From Fimicolochytrium jonesii (taxonomy: Eukaryota), in assembly GCF_025526975.1 (NCBI RefSeq), contig NW_026515670.1:372001-436000 (forward strand): DNA of 64,000 bases, given 5' to 3'. The first letter of the stretch is position 1; every line of letters begins with the position of its first letter. Both the position numbers and the translations under genes were made by a program. The notes under the pieces are model-generated. The model was not told the DNA's origin and ran no database searches. It worked only from the letters and a program-made list of their open reading frames with translations. Below, piece by piece: positions 33,661 to 45,624 of the stretch.

Positions 33661-36600
33661 CCCAGAGCAGGCATCCCAGATTCCTATAAAAGGCAGGCCT
33701 GTTGCCCATCCCCTCCTCTCACTTTATCCTCTTCAATACACAGCTTTCTATCGTGCTACTCTAGCCCCAGTACTGTCGTTTACATCACAACACTGCCCTT
33801 TGGGCAGCTATGTTCCTCAGTCATCGGCGAACCAGTCTTAGCAACCTCTCAGATACACCTATATCAGCTAAAGGTTTCAATAGGTTATGAGCCCTGAGCC
33901 TTATCATCACTAAAACCGGCTTCACCAATCCTATTCAAGACGTTTGCAACCCCCTACAGACGCTACCTATGCCCTACCCTCAACATATCCTGTTCATAAA
34001 CACCAAAGTGCTCAACTTGACAGGATACGCACTGCTTGACACTCAAAACACGTCCAATGATATACCATCATCCAAAGTGTGTCCACACTCTCGAAACAGA
34101 TGAATTTCGCTCGAACACACGATGGCTGGAGACTCAGAGACTTCAAAACTTATGGTGGATAAGTCCACGGGGGAGAACTACCATCTATGGAAGTTTACGA
34201 TGATGATGATGTTGAAGGCAAAGGGACTTTGGGTGGCAGTGGAAGCTGGGAAGAAGGAGAAGGCAGGAGATACGGCTACAGCAAGCCCGTCGAAGGGAAA
34301 GGGGGCTGAAGGGTAGGAGGAGGAATCAATGGAGAGGGAGGACAAGAGGGCTTTGGCATACATCTGCCTCAGTCCGAACGACACTCAGCTTACGCATGTG
34401 CATACAGCTTAGACGGCTTGGGAAGCCTGGTCTAAGCTAGCTGAGGTGCACGAATGAAAGGGGCTTGCCAGCAAGCTCTTCCTATGTCAAAAGTTCCTTA
34501 CCATCACTATGAACGAGTCAGACTCGATCACAAACCACATCAACAAGGTCAGACAGCTTGCACAACAGCTGGAGGCTATCGGTGCACCAGTACCCGAAGA
34601 CGATATCATGACCACCTTGATATACAGCTTACCAAACAGCTATGAACAAGTTATCACGAGCCTCGAAAGCAGGGCAGACGACTTAGACATGGAGTTCTTG
34701 ATGGCCAGACTTCTGAATGAAGAAGCTAGGTGCAAGGAGAACTCGAAACCAGTCAGATCGAATGGAAACGCCTTCGTTGGGGATGGGGGACACCAGCAGG
34801 AGGCTGGGGGTTCAGCCAGGTTCGCCAGGAAGAAGGATAAGTGCCATCACTGTGGCATTTAAGGGCATTGGAAGAACGAGTGCAAGAACCTCAAACGAGA
34901 GCTAGCTCAAGCCAACAATGCGAATCAAGCCGAACCACACCAGGCCAGCCAGGGAACCGGGTTCCTCTTCATGGCAGGTATGAAGCGCACTGAAATCATC
35001 AGCCCTGAGTGCTGGATTATCGATTCAGGAGCCTCCTCACACATGACACACGTCAGGGAATGGCTCCAGGACTACAAGACGCTGGAAACCGAGATCCAGG
35101 TCCAGCCAGCTGACAACCGGTCAGTCCTAGCCATCGTGACAGACTCCATCTCGATGAGAACACACGGGGAGCATGCTAGCACCCTTCGAAACGTCTGGTT
35201 CGTTCCCAAACTGGAAAAGAACCTCATCTCAGTAGCCCAGCTGACTGAGAATGGAGCATAAGTTGAGTTCTCGAGTGCAGAGTGCACAATCAAGACCAGG
35301 GATGGTGCTCTTGCTTGAGCTCTCAAGGAGAACGGTCTGTACACCATGACAGCCCAGGCTATCCCTGAACACGCCTACTCAGCAGGAGCACTTTGTAGCA
35401 CACCCTTTCATATCTGGCATCAGAGATTCGGTAATCTGAACGCCCAAGACGTCTAGAAGCTCACCAACGGCTACCAACGTGACATCAGAGTCATCGGATA
35501 TCCTGATGGCCACATCTGCAAAGTCTGCACGTTCTCCAAGCAGTCCAGAGCTCCCTTCCCGAAGAAACAAGCTACCCGAGCCACAGAAGTCCTGGCACTT
35601 GTCCACACTGACCTCAATGGCCCCATGAGGACATCTACCTTACCTTTGGGGGATGTACCTACTTCCCATCATGGATTGATGAAAAGTCCAGAATTGTCTG
35701 GGTCAAACTCCTACGCAAGGAAAGCGATACCTTTGATGCCTGGGAGGAATACAAGGTTCTTATGGAGGAACAGACTGGGAAATCAATCAAAGTCCTCCAA
35801 TCGGGCAAAGGACGCGAATACGAATCCATCCAATTTGCCCTCACATTCCGAAAAGCTGGAATCCAACACCAGCGCGCTGCTACCGACACCCCACAGCAGA
35901 ACAGAGTAGCGGAACGTACGAATCAAAGTCTAGTCGACATGGCACGCTGCCAACTTACCCAAGCTGGTCTTGGACACGAATACTGGGGAGAAGCTCTGCT
36001 TGCAGCTGTCCACATTCGAAATCGTTGCCCTATGGCTGCTCGCAAGCCCATCCTCCTACATCTCAGAGTGTTTGGATGTATGGAACCTATGCATAGTTCT
36101 CAAGAAAAACTGAGGACAGCTGGACAACAAAGCCAAGAAGTGTCTTTTTCTCGGTTATAGCTCTTCCAGCAAAGCCTGGAGGCTCCAGTCACTCAAACCC
36201 GATGATCAGGGCGCCATCATCGAATCAAGAGATGTCCAGTTGAATGAAAACAAGTTCTACAACAGCCTGGACAACGAGGATACGCATGAAGACACGTCAG
36301 ATCACTCCTATGACAGCTTAGCGAGCTTTGAATTCGAACCTGAGCCTGACAGCATCATTTCGCACGCACCCAAGCCCACAGACAACACCGAATTACGCCC
36401 GCACGCTGCAGAGGGGGATTCTGAGCTCCCTGACGCATCCCCCAACCCACAACCTGACACTGATCAATGGGCAGAGGCCCCAGAGGACCTAGACGACCAG
36501 GGAGACCAGGAAGATGATGATTTGGTGCATTACAGACGCATCACATGCTCCCAGAGCACCCGAGTACACCAAAGCAACCTTGCCTATGCCCTGGCTACCA

Positions 36601-37427
36601 AAGTACTGCACACAGAGCCCAAAACCCTCAAGCAAGCTCTAAACTCGAACGACTCAGCCAAGTGGAAGGAAGCCACGGATGCTGAATACCCATCCCTCGT
36701 CAAGAACGGCACCTGGGAGCTCCGTTCAGCACCCAAAGATCGCAACCTTGTCGGCTGCAAGTGGATTTACAAGACCAAGACGAATGCTGATGGCGGTATC
36801 GAACGCTACAAGGCCAGACTAGTCGCCCAAGGCGTCTCACAAGAAGAGGGAGTTAACTTCAACGAAACATTCGCACCAGTGGCCAAGTTCGACACCATTC
36901 GGCTACTCCTGTCGCGGGGAGCGGCTCAGGACCTCGAAATGGACCAAATGGACGTATCTACCGCATTCCTGAATCCGACACTCAGTGAGGAGATCTATAT
37001 GAAGCAGCGGCCGGGCTACATAGAGCCAGGAGAAGAGCATCTCGTGCTTAAACTCAAGAAGACACTCTATGGTCGTAAACAAGCCCCCAGGGAATGGAAC
37101 ATCGAAATCCACGGCACTCTTGTTGAGAAAGGCTTCACTCGTCTTGATTCAGAGCATTGCTTCTATTTCAGATTCTTTGAGGCCTGGCTACTCATCCTGA
37201 TCCTCTATGTGGACGATCTCGTACTTATGGGCAACAAGGGACTCGATCTTGACAACTTCAAGGCCAAGGAACTTCAGAGGGCGTACGAGATGCGTGACCT
37301 TGGTGCCCTACACTGCTTCCTAGGCCTCCTAGTCTCCCGAGACCGAGCGAAACAACTCCTGACGCTCAACCAGACTGGGTACATCGAAAAATGCCTTGAA
37401 ACATACGGCATGATCGATTGCAAGCCT
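31722..37427 (+). repeat. Left arm of a 5.7-kb near-identical inverted repeat
   Basis: Reverse complement of 39915-45624; paired ORF coordinates sum to 77346 or 77342. Confidence 0.97.
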
Positions 37428-38219
37428 AAAGCAACACCCAGTGTGGTAGGAAGCCCTCTCATCAAAGAAAGGGTACCTCAGACGCCTGAAATGACGGCAA
37501 AGAGGCAGGATAAGCCCTATCGAGCCGTTTTTGGCAGCCTGACCTATGCGATGATCGGCACAAGACCAGACATAGCTCAAGCCATAGGAGCTGTGAGCCT
37601 GTTCTTAGCAAACCCGGGGAAGGCGCACTGGAAGGCTGTTGAACGCATTCTGGCCTATCTCAAAGCTACCAAACACCACGAACTTCGACTTGGTGCAATT
37701 CAAGGACTCCCAAACTCCTTGGATGGTCAGACTCAGTCTTGGGAGGCTGCCCAGACACTCGAAGATCAACCACAGGATCACTCCCCACCCTTTGGAAGCA
37801 CAGTCAGCTGGAAACACGCAAGCAATGCACTATGGCACTCTCCTGCACCGAAGGCAAATATTGCACTTACAGATGCATGTAAAGAAGCCATGTGGCTCAG
37901 ATCCCTACTCAAAGAACTGAGCGTACCCCAAGACAAAACGGAACTCGTCCAAGGCCCCACAGTCAGCTGGGAAGACGACCAAGGAGCTATGGCACTTGCC
38001 ACGAACCCAGATCACCATGCACGAACCAAGAACATCGACATCCAATACCACTTCATTTGTGAACAAATCGCACACAAGACAGTTATCCTCCAGTACTGCC
38101 CAACAAAGAAGATGATAGCTGATGCGCTCACCAAACCCCTCCCCATGCCGGACTTCGTACGTCTGAGAGCTGCGATGCACTTAGAGGCTGCAAAGCCTTC
38201 AAGTGAGAGGGAGTATTGA
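34122..38219 (+). pseudogene. pol: Copia-1a gag-pol with many stops and frameshifts
   Basis: GENYHLWKF, CHHCG, PQQNRVAER, YKARLVAQG, MDVSTAFL, LYVDD, IADALTKPL. Confidence 0.93.
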
Positions 38220-38811
38220 GATAGCATCAAGATGCGGCACTTAGAAGGCTCTGCAAGACTAAGGACGCGTCTTGGGAGGCTCTGAAGATGTCGGGACCGT
38301 TTCCCAGACATCCAGGCGTCAGCACTGCGCTTTCATGATGTTTTTAGAGCTCATAGCGGCCAGTAGTGCCTGTATGGAGTTTTGATCGGGTTGTAGTAGC
38401 TAGATTGGGCTTGATTGAGCTTGTGGCAGCCTGTAGCACCTTCCGCGGACTTGGCAGACGCCCATGGGGCATCAGCAGGTACCTGTGAGGCTACAAAGAC
38501 TTGGCAAACTCTTACAAACGTTACCAACCTTAACTGCAGCACTCAGAGACGCCTTGGGCGTTCTGAGGGGTTCTCAGAGGGTGCTTTGACCGCCCCAGCA
38601 CATAGCTAAATCCCCAAGAAAGAAGCCCCAGATTCCTATAAAAGGCAGACCTCTTGCCCATCCCCTCCTCTCACTTTATCCTCTTGAATACACAGCTTTC
38701 TATCGCACTACTCTAGCCACAGTACTGTCTTCTACATCACAGCACTGCCCTTTGGGCAGCTACATCCCTCAGTCATCGGCGAACCACTCTTAGTGACCTC
38801 TCAGATACACC

Positions 38812-39138
38812 TGTGATGTGGACTACCTTCCACACGGGTTGTATAACTGATGTTCGTATACAATAACTACTTTGCTGTAAGGTATTGTAGACGGACTGGG
38901 TGTTCGCCGGCTCTGCTATGCGATATGTAGTAGAAGAACTACCTGTTGTGCATAGGAACGCGCAACGAGCACTGTTAAAGTACCCATAAGGTCAGGGTTC
39001 ACTGGAGAACACTCTCAAGACACGTCATAGCCCAGGAAATACCTGTATATTTCCATCACATACAGGTATTTTTCCCCAAGGCCTGTCTAACAGACGCGAC
39101 GTGTCGTTCTCCAATAAGACCGGACACTCCACATTACA
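38812..39138 (-). mobile_element. Solo LTR of the G family inside the Copia-1a 3' LTR
   Basis: TSD ACACC; homologous to 47900-48235. Confidence 0.94.
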
Positions 39139-39166
39139 ACACCTATATCAGCTAAAGGTTCCAATA

Positions 39167-42100
39167 AGGCTCCGCAGCCTCTACGTCCATCCCAGCTCTC
39201 CGAAGTGTGAAGTCTGGCATGAGCAGGGATTTGGTGGTGCAGGTACTGGAGGAAAACTGTTTTACGTGTGACTTGTTCACAAATGAAATGTCATCTGATG
39301 TCGATATGCTTGGTTTGTGCATAGTGAACCTGACATATAGCAAGGGCCATAGCACCTTGATTGTCCTCCCAGATTACTGTGAGGTCTTGGACGAGGTCCA
39401 TTTTGTCTTGGGGTACGCTCAGATCTTTGAGTAGGGATCTGAGCCACATGGCTTCTTTACAGGCATCAGTGAGTGCCATGTATTCGCCTTCGGTGGAGGA
39501 GAGTGCTCTAGTGCATTGTTTGCGTTATTTCAGGCTTACTGCACCGCCGAAGGTGAAGAGGTATCCTGTGGTCGATCTTCGAGTGTCTGGGCAGCCTCCC
39601 CAGTCTGAGCCTGACCATCCCACAAGTTTGGGGGTTCCTTGGACCGCTCTCAGTCGAAGTTGGTTCTGTTTGGTCGTCTTGAGATAGGCCAGAATGCGTT
39701 CAGCACCTTCCCAGTGTGCTTTACCTGCATTCGCTAAGAACTGACTCACAGCTCCGACTGCTTGGGCTATGTCCGGTCTTGTGCCGATTATTGCGTGGAT
39801 CAGACTGCCTACAATGGCCCAATAGGGCTTGCCCTGCATCTCTGCAGTCTCTTCAGGCGTTTGAGGTGCCATTTCCTTGGTGAGAGGGCTTCCCACGACG
39901 CTGGAAGTTGATCCAGGCTTGCAATCGATCATGCCGTATGTTTCAAGGCATTTTTCGATGTACCCAGTCTGGTTGAGCGTCAGGAGTTGTTTCGCTCGGT
40001 CTCGGGTGACTAGGAGGCCTAGGAAGCAGTGTAGGGCACCAAGGTCACGCATCTCGTACGCCCTCTGAAGTTCCTTGGCCTTGAAGTTGTCAAGATCGAG
40101 TCCCTTGTTGCCCATAAGTACGAGATCGTCCACATAGAGGATCAGGATGAGTAGCCAGGCCTCAAAGAATCTGAAATAGAAGCAATGCTCTGAATCAAGA
40201 CGAGTGAAGCCTTTCTCAACAAGAGTGCCGTGGATTTCGATGTTCCATTCCCTGGGGGCTTGTTTAAGACCATAGAGTGTCTTCTTGAGTTTAAGCACGA
40301 GATGCTCTTCTCCTGGCTCTATGTAGCCCGGCCGCTGCTTCATATAGATCTCCTCACTGAGTGTCGGATTCAGGAATGCGGTAGATACGTCCATTTGGTC
40401 CATTTCGAGGTCCTGAGCCGCTCCCCGCGACAGGAGTAGCCGAATGGTGTCGAACTTGGCCACTGGTGCGAATGTTTCGTTGAAGTTAACTCCCTCTTCT
40501 TGTGAGACGCCTTGGGCGACTAGTCTGGCCTTGTAGCGTTCAATACCGCCATCAGCATTCGTCTTGGTCTTGTAAATCCACTTGCAGCCGACAAGGTTGC
40601 GATCTTTGGGTGCTGAACGGAGCTCCCAGGTGCCGTTCTTGACGAGGGATGGGTATTCAGCATCCGTGGCTTCCTTCCACTTGGCTGAGTCGTTCGAGTT
40701 TAGAGCTTGCTTGAGGGTTTTGGGCTCTGTGTGCAGTACTTTGGTAGCCAGGGCATAGGCAAGGTTGCTTTGGTGTACTCGGGTGCTCTGGGAGCATGTG
40801 ATGCGTCTGTAATGCACCAAATCATCATCTTCCTGGTCTCCCTGGTCGTCTAGGTCCTCTGGGGCCTCTGCCCATTGATCAGTGTCAGGTTGTGGGTTGG
40901 GGGATGCGTCAGGGAGCTCAGAATCCCCCTCTGCAGCGTGCGGGCGTAATTCGGTGTTGTCTGTGGGCTTGGGTGCGTGCGAAATGATGCTGTCAGGCTC
41001 AGGATCGAATTCAAAGCTCGCTAAGCTGTCATAGGAGTGATCTGACGTGTCTTCATGCGTATCCTCGTTGTCCAGGCTGTTGTAGAACTTGTTTTCATTG
41101 AACTGGACATCTCTTGATTCGATGATGGCGCCCTGATCATCGGGTTTGAGTGACTGGAGCCTCCAGGCTTTGCTGGAAGAGCTATAACCGAGAAAAAGAC
41201 ACTTCTTGGCTTTGTTGTCCAGCTGTCCTCAGTTTTTCTTGAGAACTATGCATAGGCTCCATACATCCATCCAAACACTCTGAGATGTAGGAGGATGGGC
41301 TTGCGAGCAGCCATAGGGCAACGATTTCGAATGTGGACAGCTGCAAGCAGAGCTTCTCCCCAGTATTCGTGTCCGAGACCAGCTTGGGTGAGTTGGCAGC
41401 GTGCCATGTCGACTAGACTTTGATTCGTACGTTCCGCTACTCTGTTCTGCTGTGGGGTGTCGGTAGCAGCGCGCTGGTGTTGGATTCCAGCTTTTCGGAA
41501 TGTGAGGGCAAATTGGATGGATTCGTATTCGCGTCCTTTGCCCGATCGGAGGACTTTGATTGATTTCCCAGTCTGTTCCTCCATAAGAACCTTGTAGTCC
41601 TCCCAGGCATCAAAGGTATCGCTTTCCTTGCGTAGGAGTTTGACCCAGACAATTCTGGACTTTTCATCAATCCATGATGAGAAGTAGGTACATCCCCCAA
41701 AGGTAAGGTAGATGTCCTCATGGGGCCATTGAGGTCAGTGTGGACAAGTGCCAGGACTTCTGTGGCTCGGGTAGCTTGTTTCTTCGGGAAGGGAGCTCTG
41801 GACTGCTTGGAGAACGTGCAGACTTTGCAGATGTGGCCATCAGGATATCCGATGACTCTGATGTCACGTTGGTAGCCGTTGGTGAGCTTCTAGACGTCTT
41901 GGGCGTTCAGATTACCGAATCTCTGATGCCAGATATGAAAGGGTGTGCTACAAAGTGCTCCTGCTGAGTAGGCGTGTTCAGGGATAGCCTGGGCTGTCAT
42001 GGTGTACAGACCGTTCTCCTTGAGAGCTCAAGCAAGAGCACCATCCCTGGTCTTGATTGTGCACTCTGCACTCGAGAACTCAACTTATGCTCCATTCTCA

Positions 42101-43671
42101 GTCAGCTGGGCTACTGAGATGAGGTTCTTTTCCAGTTTGGGAACGAACCAGACGTTTCGAAGGGTGCTAGCATGCTCCCCGTGCGTTCTCATCGAGATGG
42201 AGTCTGTCACGATGGCTAGGACTGACCGGTTGTCAGCTGGCTGGACCTGGATCTCGGTTTCCAGCGTCTTGTAGTCCTGGAGCCATTCCCTGATGTGTGT
42301 CATGTGTGAGGAGGCTCCTGAATCGATAATCCAGCACTCAGGGCTGATGATTTCAGTGCGCTTCATACCTGCCATGAAGAGGAACCCGGTTCCCTGGCTG
42401 GCCTGGTGTGGTTCGGCTTGATTCGCATTGTTGGCTTGAGCTAGCTCTCGTTTGAGGTTCTTGCACTCGTTCTTCCAATGCCCTTAAATGCCACAGTGAT
42501 GGCACTTATCCTTCTTCCTGGCGAACCTGGCTGAACCCCCAGCCTCCTGCTGGTGTCCCCCATCCCCAACGAAGGCGTTTCCATTCGATCTGACTGGTTT
42601 CGAGTTCTCCTTGCACCTAGCTTCTTCATTCAGAAGTCTGGCCATCAAGAACTCCATGTCTAAGTCGTCTGCCCTGCTTTCGAGGCTCGTGATAACTTGT
42701 TCATAGCTGTTTGGTAAGCTGTATATCAAGGTGGTCATGATATCGTCTTCGGGTACTGGTGCACCGATAGCCTCCAGCTGTTGTGCAAGCTGTCTGACCT
42801 TGTTGATGTGGTTTGTGATCGAGTCTGACTCGTTCATAGTGATGGTAAGGAACTTTTGACATAGGAAGAGCTTGCTGGCAAGCCCCTTTCATTCGTGCAC
42901 CTCAGCTAGCTTAGACCAGGCTTCCCAAGCCGTCTAAGCTGTATGCACATGCGTAAGCTGAGTGTCGTTCGGACTGAGGCAGATGTATGCCAAAGCCCTC
43001 TTGTCCTTCCTCTCCATTGATTCCTCCTCCTACCCTTCAGCCCCCTTTCCCTTCGACGGGCTTGCTGTAGCCGTATCTCCTGCCTTCTCCTTCTTCCCAG
43101 CTTCCACTGCCACCCAAAGTCCCTTTGCCTTCAACATCATCATCATCGTAAACTTCCATAGATGGTAGTTCTCCCCCGTGGACTTATCCACCATAAGTTT
43201 TGAAGTCTCTGAGTCTCCAGCCATCGTGTGTTCGAGCGAAATTCATCTGTTTCGAGAGTGTGGACACGCTTTGGATGATGGTATATCATTGGACGTGTTT
43301 TGAGTGTCAAGCAGTGCGTATCCTGTCAAGTTGAGCACTTTGGTGTTTATGAACAGGATATGTTGAGGGTAGGGCATAGGTAGCGTCTGTAGGGGGTTGC
43401 AAACGTCTTGAATAGGATTGGTGAAGCCGGTTTTAGTGATGATAAGGCTCAGGGCTCATAACCTATTGAAACCTTTAGCTGATATAGGTGTATCTGAGAG
43501 GTTGCTAAGACTGGTTCGCCGATGACTGAGGAACATAGCTGCCCAAAGGGCAGTGTTGTGATGTAAACGACAGTACTGGGGCTAGAGTAGCGCGATAGAA
43601 AGCTGTGTATTGAAGAGGATAAAGTGAGAGGAGGGGATGGGCAACAGGCCTGCCTTTTATAGGAATCTGGG
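39167..43671 (-). mobile_element. Copia-1b: inverted Copia copy, tail-to-tail with 1a, lacking its 3' LTR
   Basis: Near-identical to 1a over 39915-43671 and clearly diverged over 39167-39914 (SDWGGCPDTRRSTTGY); PBS 43450-43463. Confidence 0.92.
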
Positions 43672-45624
43672 ATGCCTGCTCTGGGATGCCTGTTCGCCTT
43701 GCATATGCTAACCAGAGCTAATAGCTCTTGTTTGTGCACGGGGTAACGTGTTTCAGTGGGTTGCATTTTCCGCCCAAAGAAAGCTATTGGCTTTAACGGT
43801 GGCAGATTCTTAGATCCCTTCACTGAGGTAGGCAACGGTGATGGGTAGTGCTCCGATGGATCTGCCGGCTGGGCGAGCCATCCTCCTATTGCGAAACCCG
43901 ATGCATCCGTGAACGCATATAAATCTCGCTCCGGGTCGTAAGACGCGAGCGTAGGAGCTGTGATAATAGCTTCCTTCAGCTTAACGAAAGCCGTCTCTTG
44001 AACATTGCCCCAGTGCCAAGGCCTTTTGCCCGACTGTAGCTCTGTCAATGGATACGCGATCTATGCATAACGATCGACGTATTGACTCAGGTAATTTGTC
44101 AACCCTAAGAAAGACTGAACCTCTTTGTGTTTCATAGGACGTGCAAAGTTTCGCACGGCATCCAATTTCGAGGGTGCAATGGCCATTGTATCCTCTCCCA
44201 GGAGATGACCGCATAATTCAAGCTCTTTCTGCATCCATTTGCACTTGGACGGCTTAACATAGAGTTTGTGCTCGGCGAGAACAGCCATAACGCTATCCAC
44301 ATGAGCAATATGCTCCTCGGCCGTTTCCGAGAAGATTAAGATATCATCCAGGTAAGATATGACAAACGCATCGTACATCTTGCCCAATATCTTATTGGTT
44401 AACCGTTGGAACGTTGCTGGCGCATTCGTCAATCCAAATGGCATAACCAAGTACTCGAAATGACCAAACCGCGTCCGAAACGCTGTTTTGTCTCTATCAG
44501 CCTTGCAAACCAATAGGCGGTGATACACATCTTTGATATCCAACAAAGGCTTGAACTTCTTTCCACGTAACCGATCCTGCATCTCTGCAAGATTTTGGAA
44601 TGGCGTACGATCCTTTATCGTTGCTTTATTCAGCCCACGATAGTCGATGCACATACGGAGACTGCCATCCGTTTTCTTAGCAAATAACACTGCCACGCCC
44701 CACGGGCTCTGCGGGTGTTGAATCCAACCGCGCTCGAGCATGAGAGTAGCCTTCTCATTCAGCTCTTTGAGTTTAGCTTCGCTCATATGTCGTAAGGGAT
44801 TAAAGACTGGTTTTGTACCAGGCTCCAGCTCGATATGGAAGTTATCCTCTCCCCTATCGGGCGGCAACTCTGCGTGCTCGACAAACAAACTATTCACGCA
44901 CTTTTCGAACGTTGGATAAAGAATGCGATCCGATGGCACGCCCAATTCACCCTTCTGTCCTGCAGCTTCTCTCATTTGAACCTCTGGCTCTGGTTCGGCA
45001 CGATCGCGCTCATCTGCGGGAACATAAGCTGGTGACGCATTCACTGCAGCTTCTATGTCCAGAGCGTACGCTATGTAACACTTTCCATACACCTCTTTTC
45101 AAGATAAGCGAGTGAACTTCTGATAAATAACAATCCCTTCACTTGAGTCTTCCCGTTCAGGCATCGCCGCCTTGAATCGTTTAGACTTCTTTCTGGTATC
45201 AAAGGACCGCAGGTCGGCCGCATTACAGGACGACTGGGATTCCCATTCCCTAGTTACTGGTCTGGCAACCAGGGGTATGTTCAACTTCATCTGCACGGAA
45301 TCGTAGAACAGGAATCTCGTCTTCTATGTGCTCGAAACAAACATCGTCAAGCATATAAATCCATGGCAATCCAAGGATAACACCCACCCACAGAGGAGCG
45401 ACCACAAATGGAAGCTGTTCTCTGGAATAGTGTCGTCCATCTCCCCATAACTGTAGATCGCCACAAAATAACTTGGTCGCCACTAACGGTGTCTTTATTA
45501 AACGTCTCTATTGAAAACCCTTTTTCTGACCAGCGTCCCAACGCGGCTTATCCTTAGCCTCGTCGGACTTCTTATCCTTCTTCTTTTTAGGACAATCTCC
45601 CGCACGATGACCCATCTCGCCACA
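39915..45624 (-). repeat. Right arm of the 5.7-kb inverted repeat
   Basis: Mirror of 31722-37427. Confidence 0.97.

Larger units (their letters stand above)
33675..39166 (+). mobile_element. Copia-1a: degenerate Ty1/copia element with truncated 5' LTR (33675-33882) and 3' LTR 38214-39166
   Basis: Order gag-PR(WIIDSGAS)-IN-RT(YVDD)-RH; PBS GGTTATGAGCCCTG 33883-33896; PPT 38201-38213; LTR ends TATTG...CAATA. Confidence 0.93.

Noticed and set aside
31722..45624. Pure assembly artefact
   Set aside because: Arms differ by scattered substitutions and a 4-bp indel and the centre is asymmetric; not fully excluded without reads.
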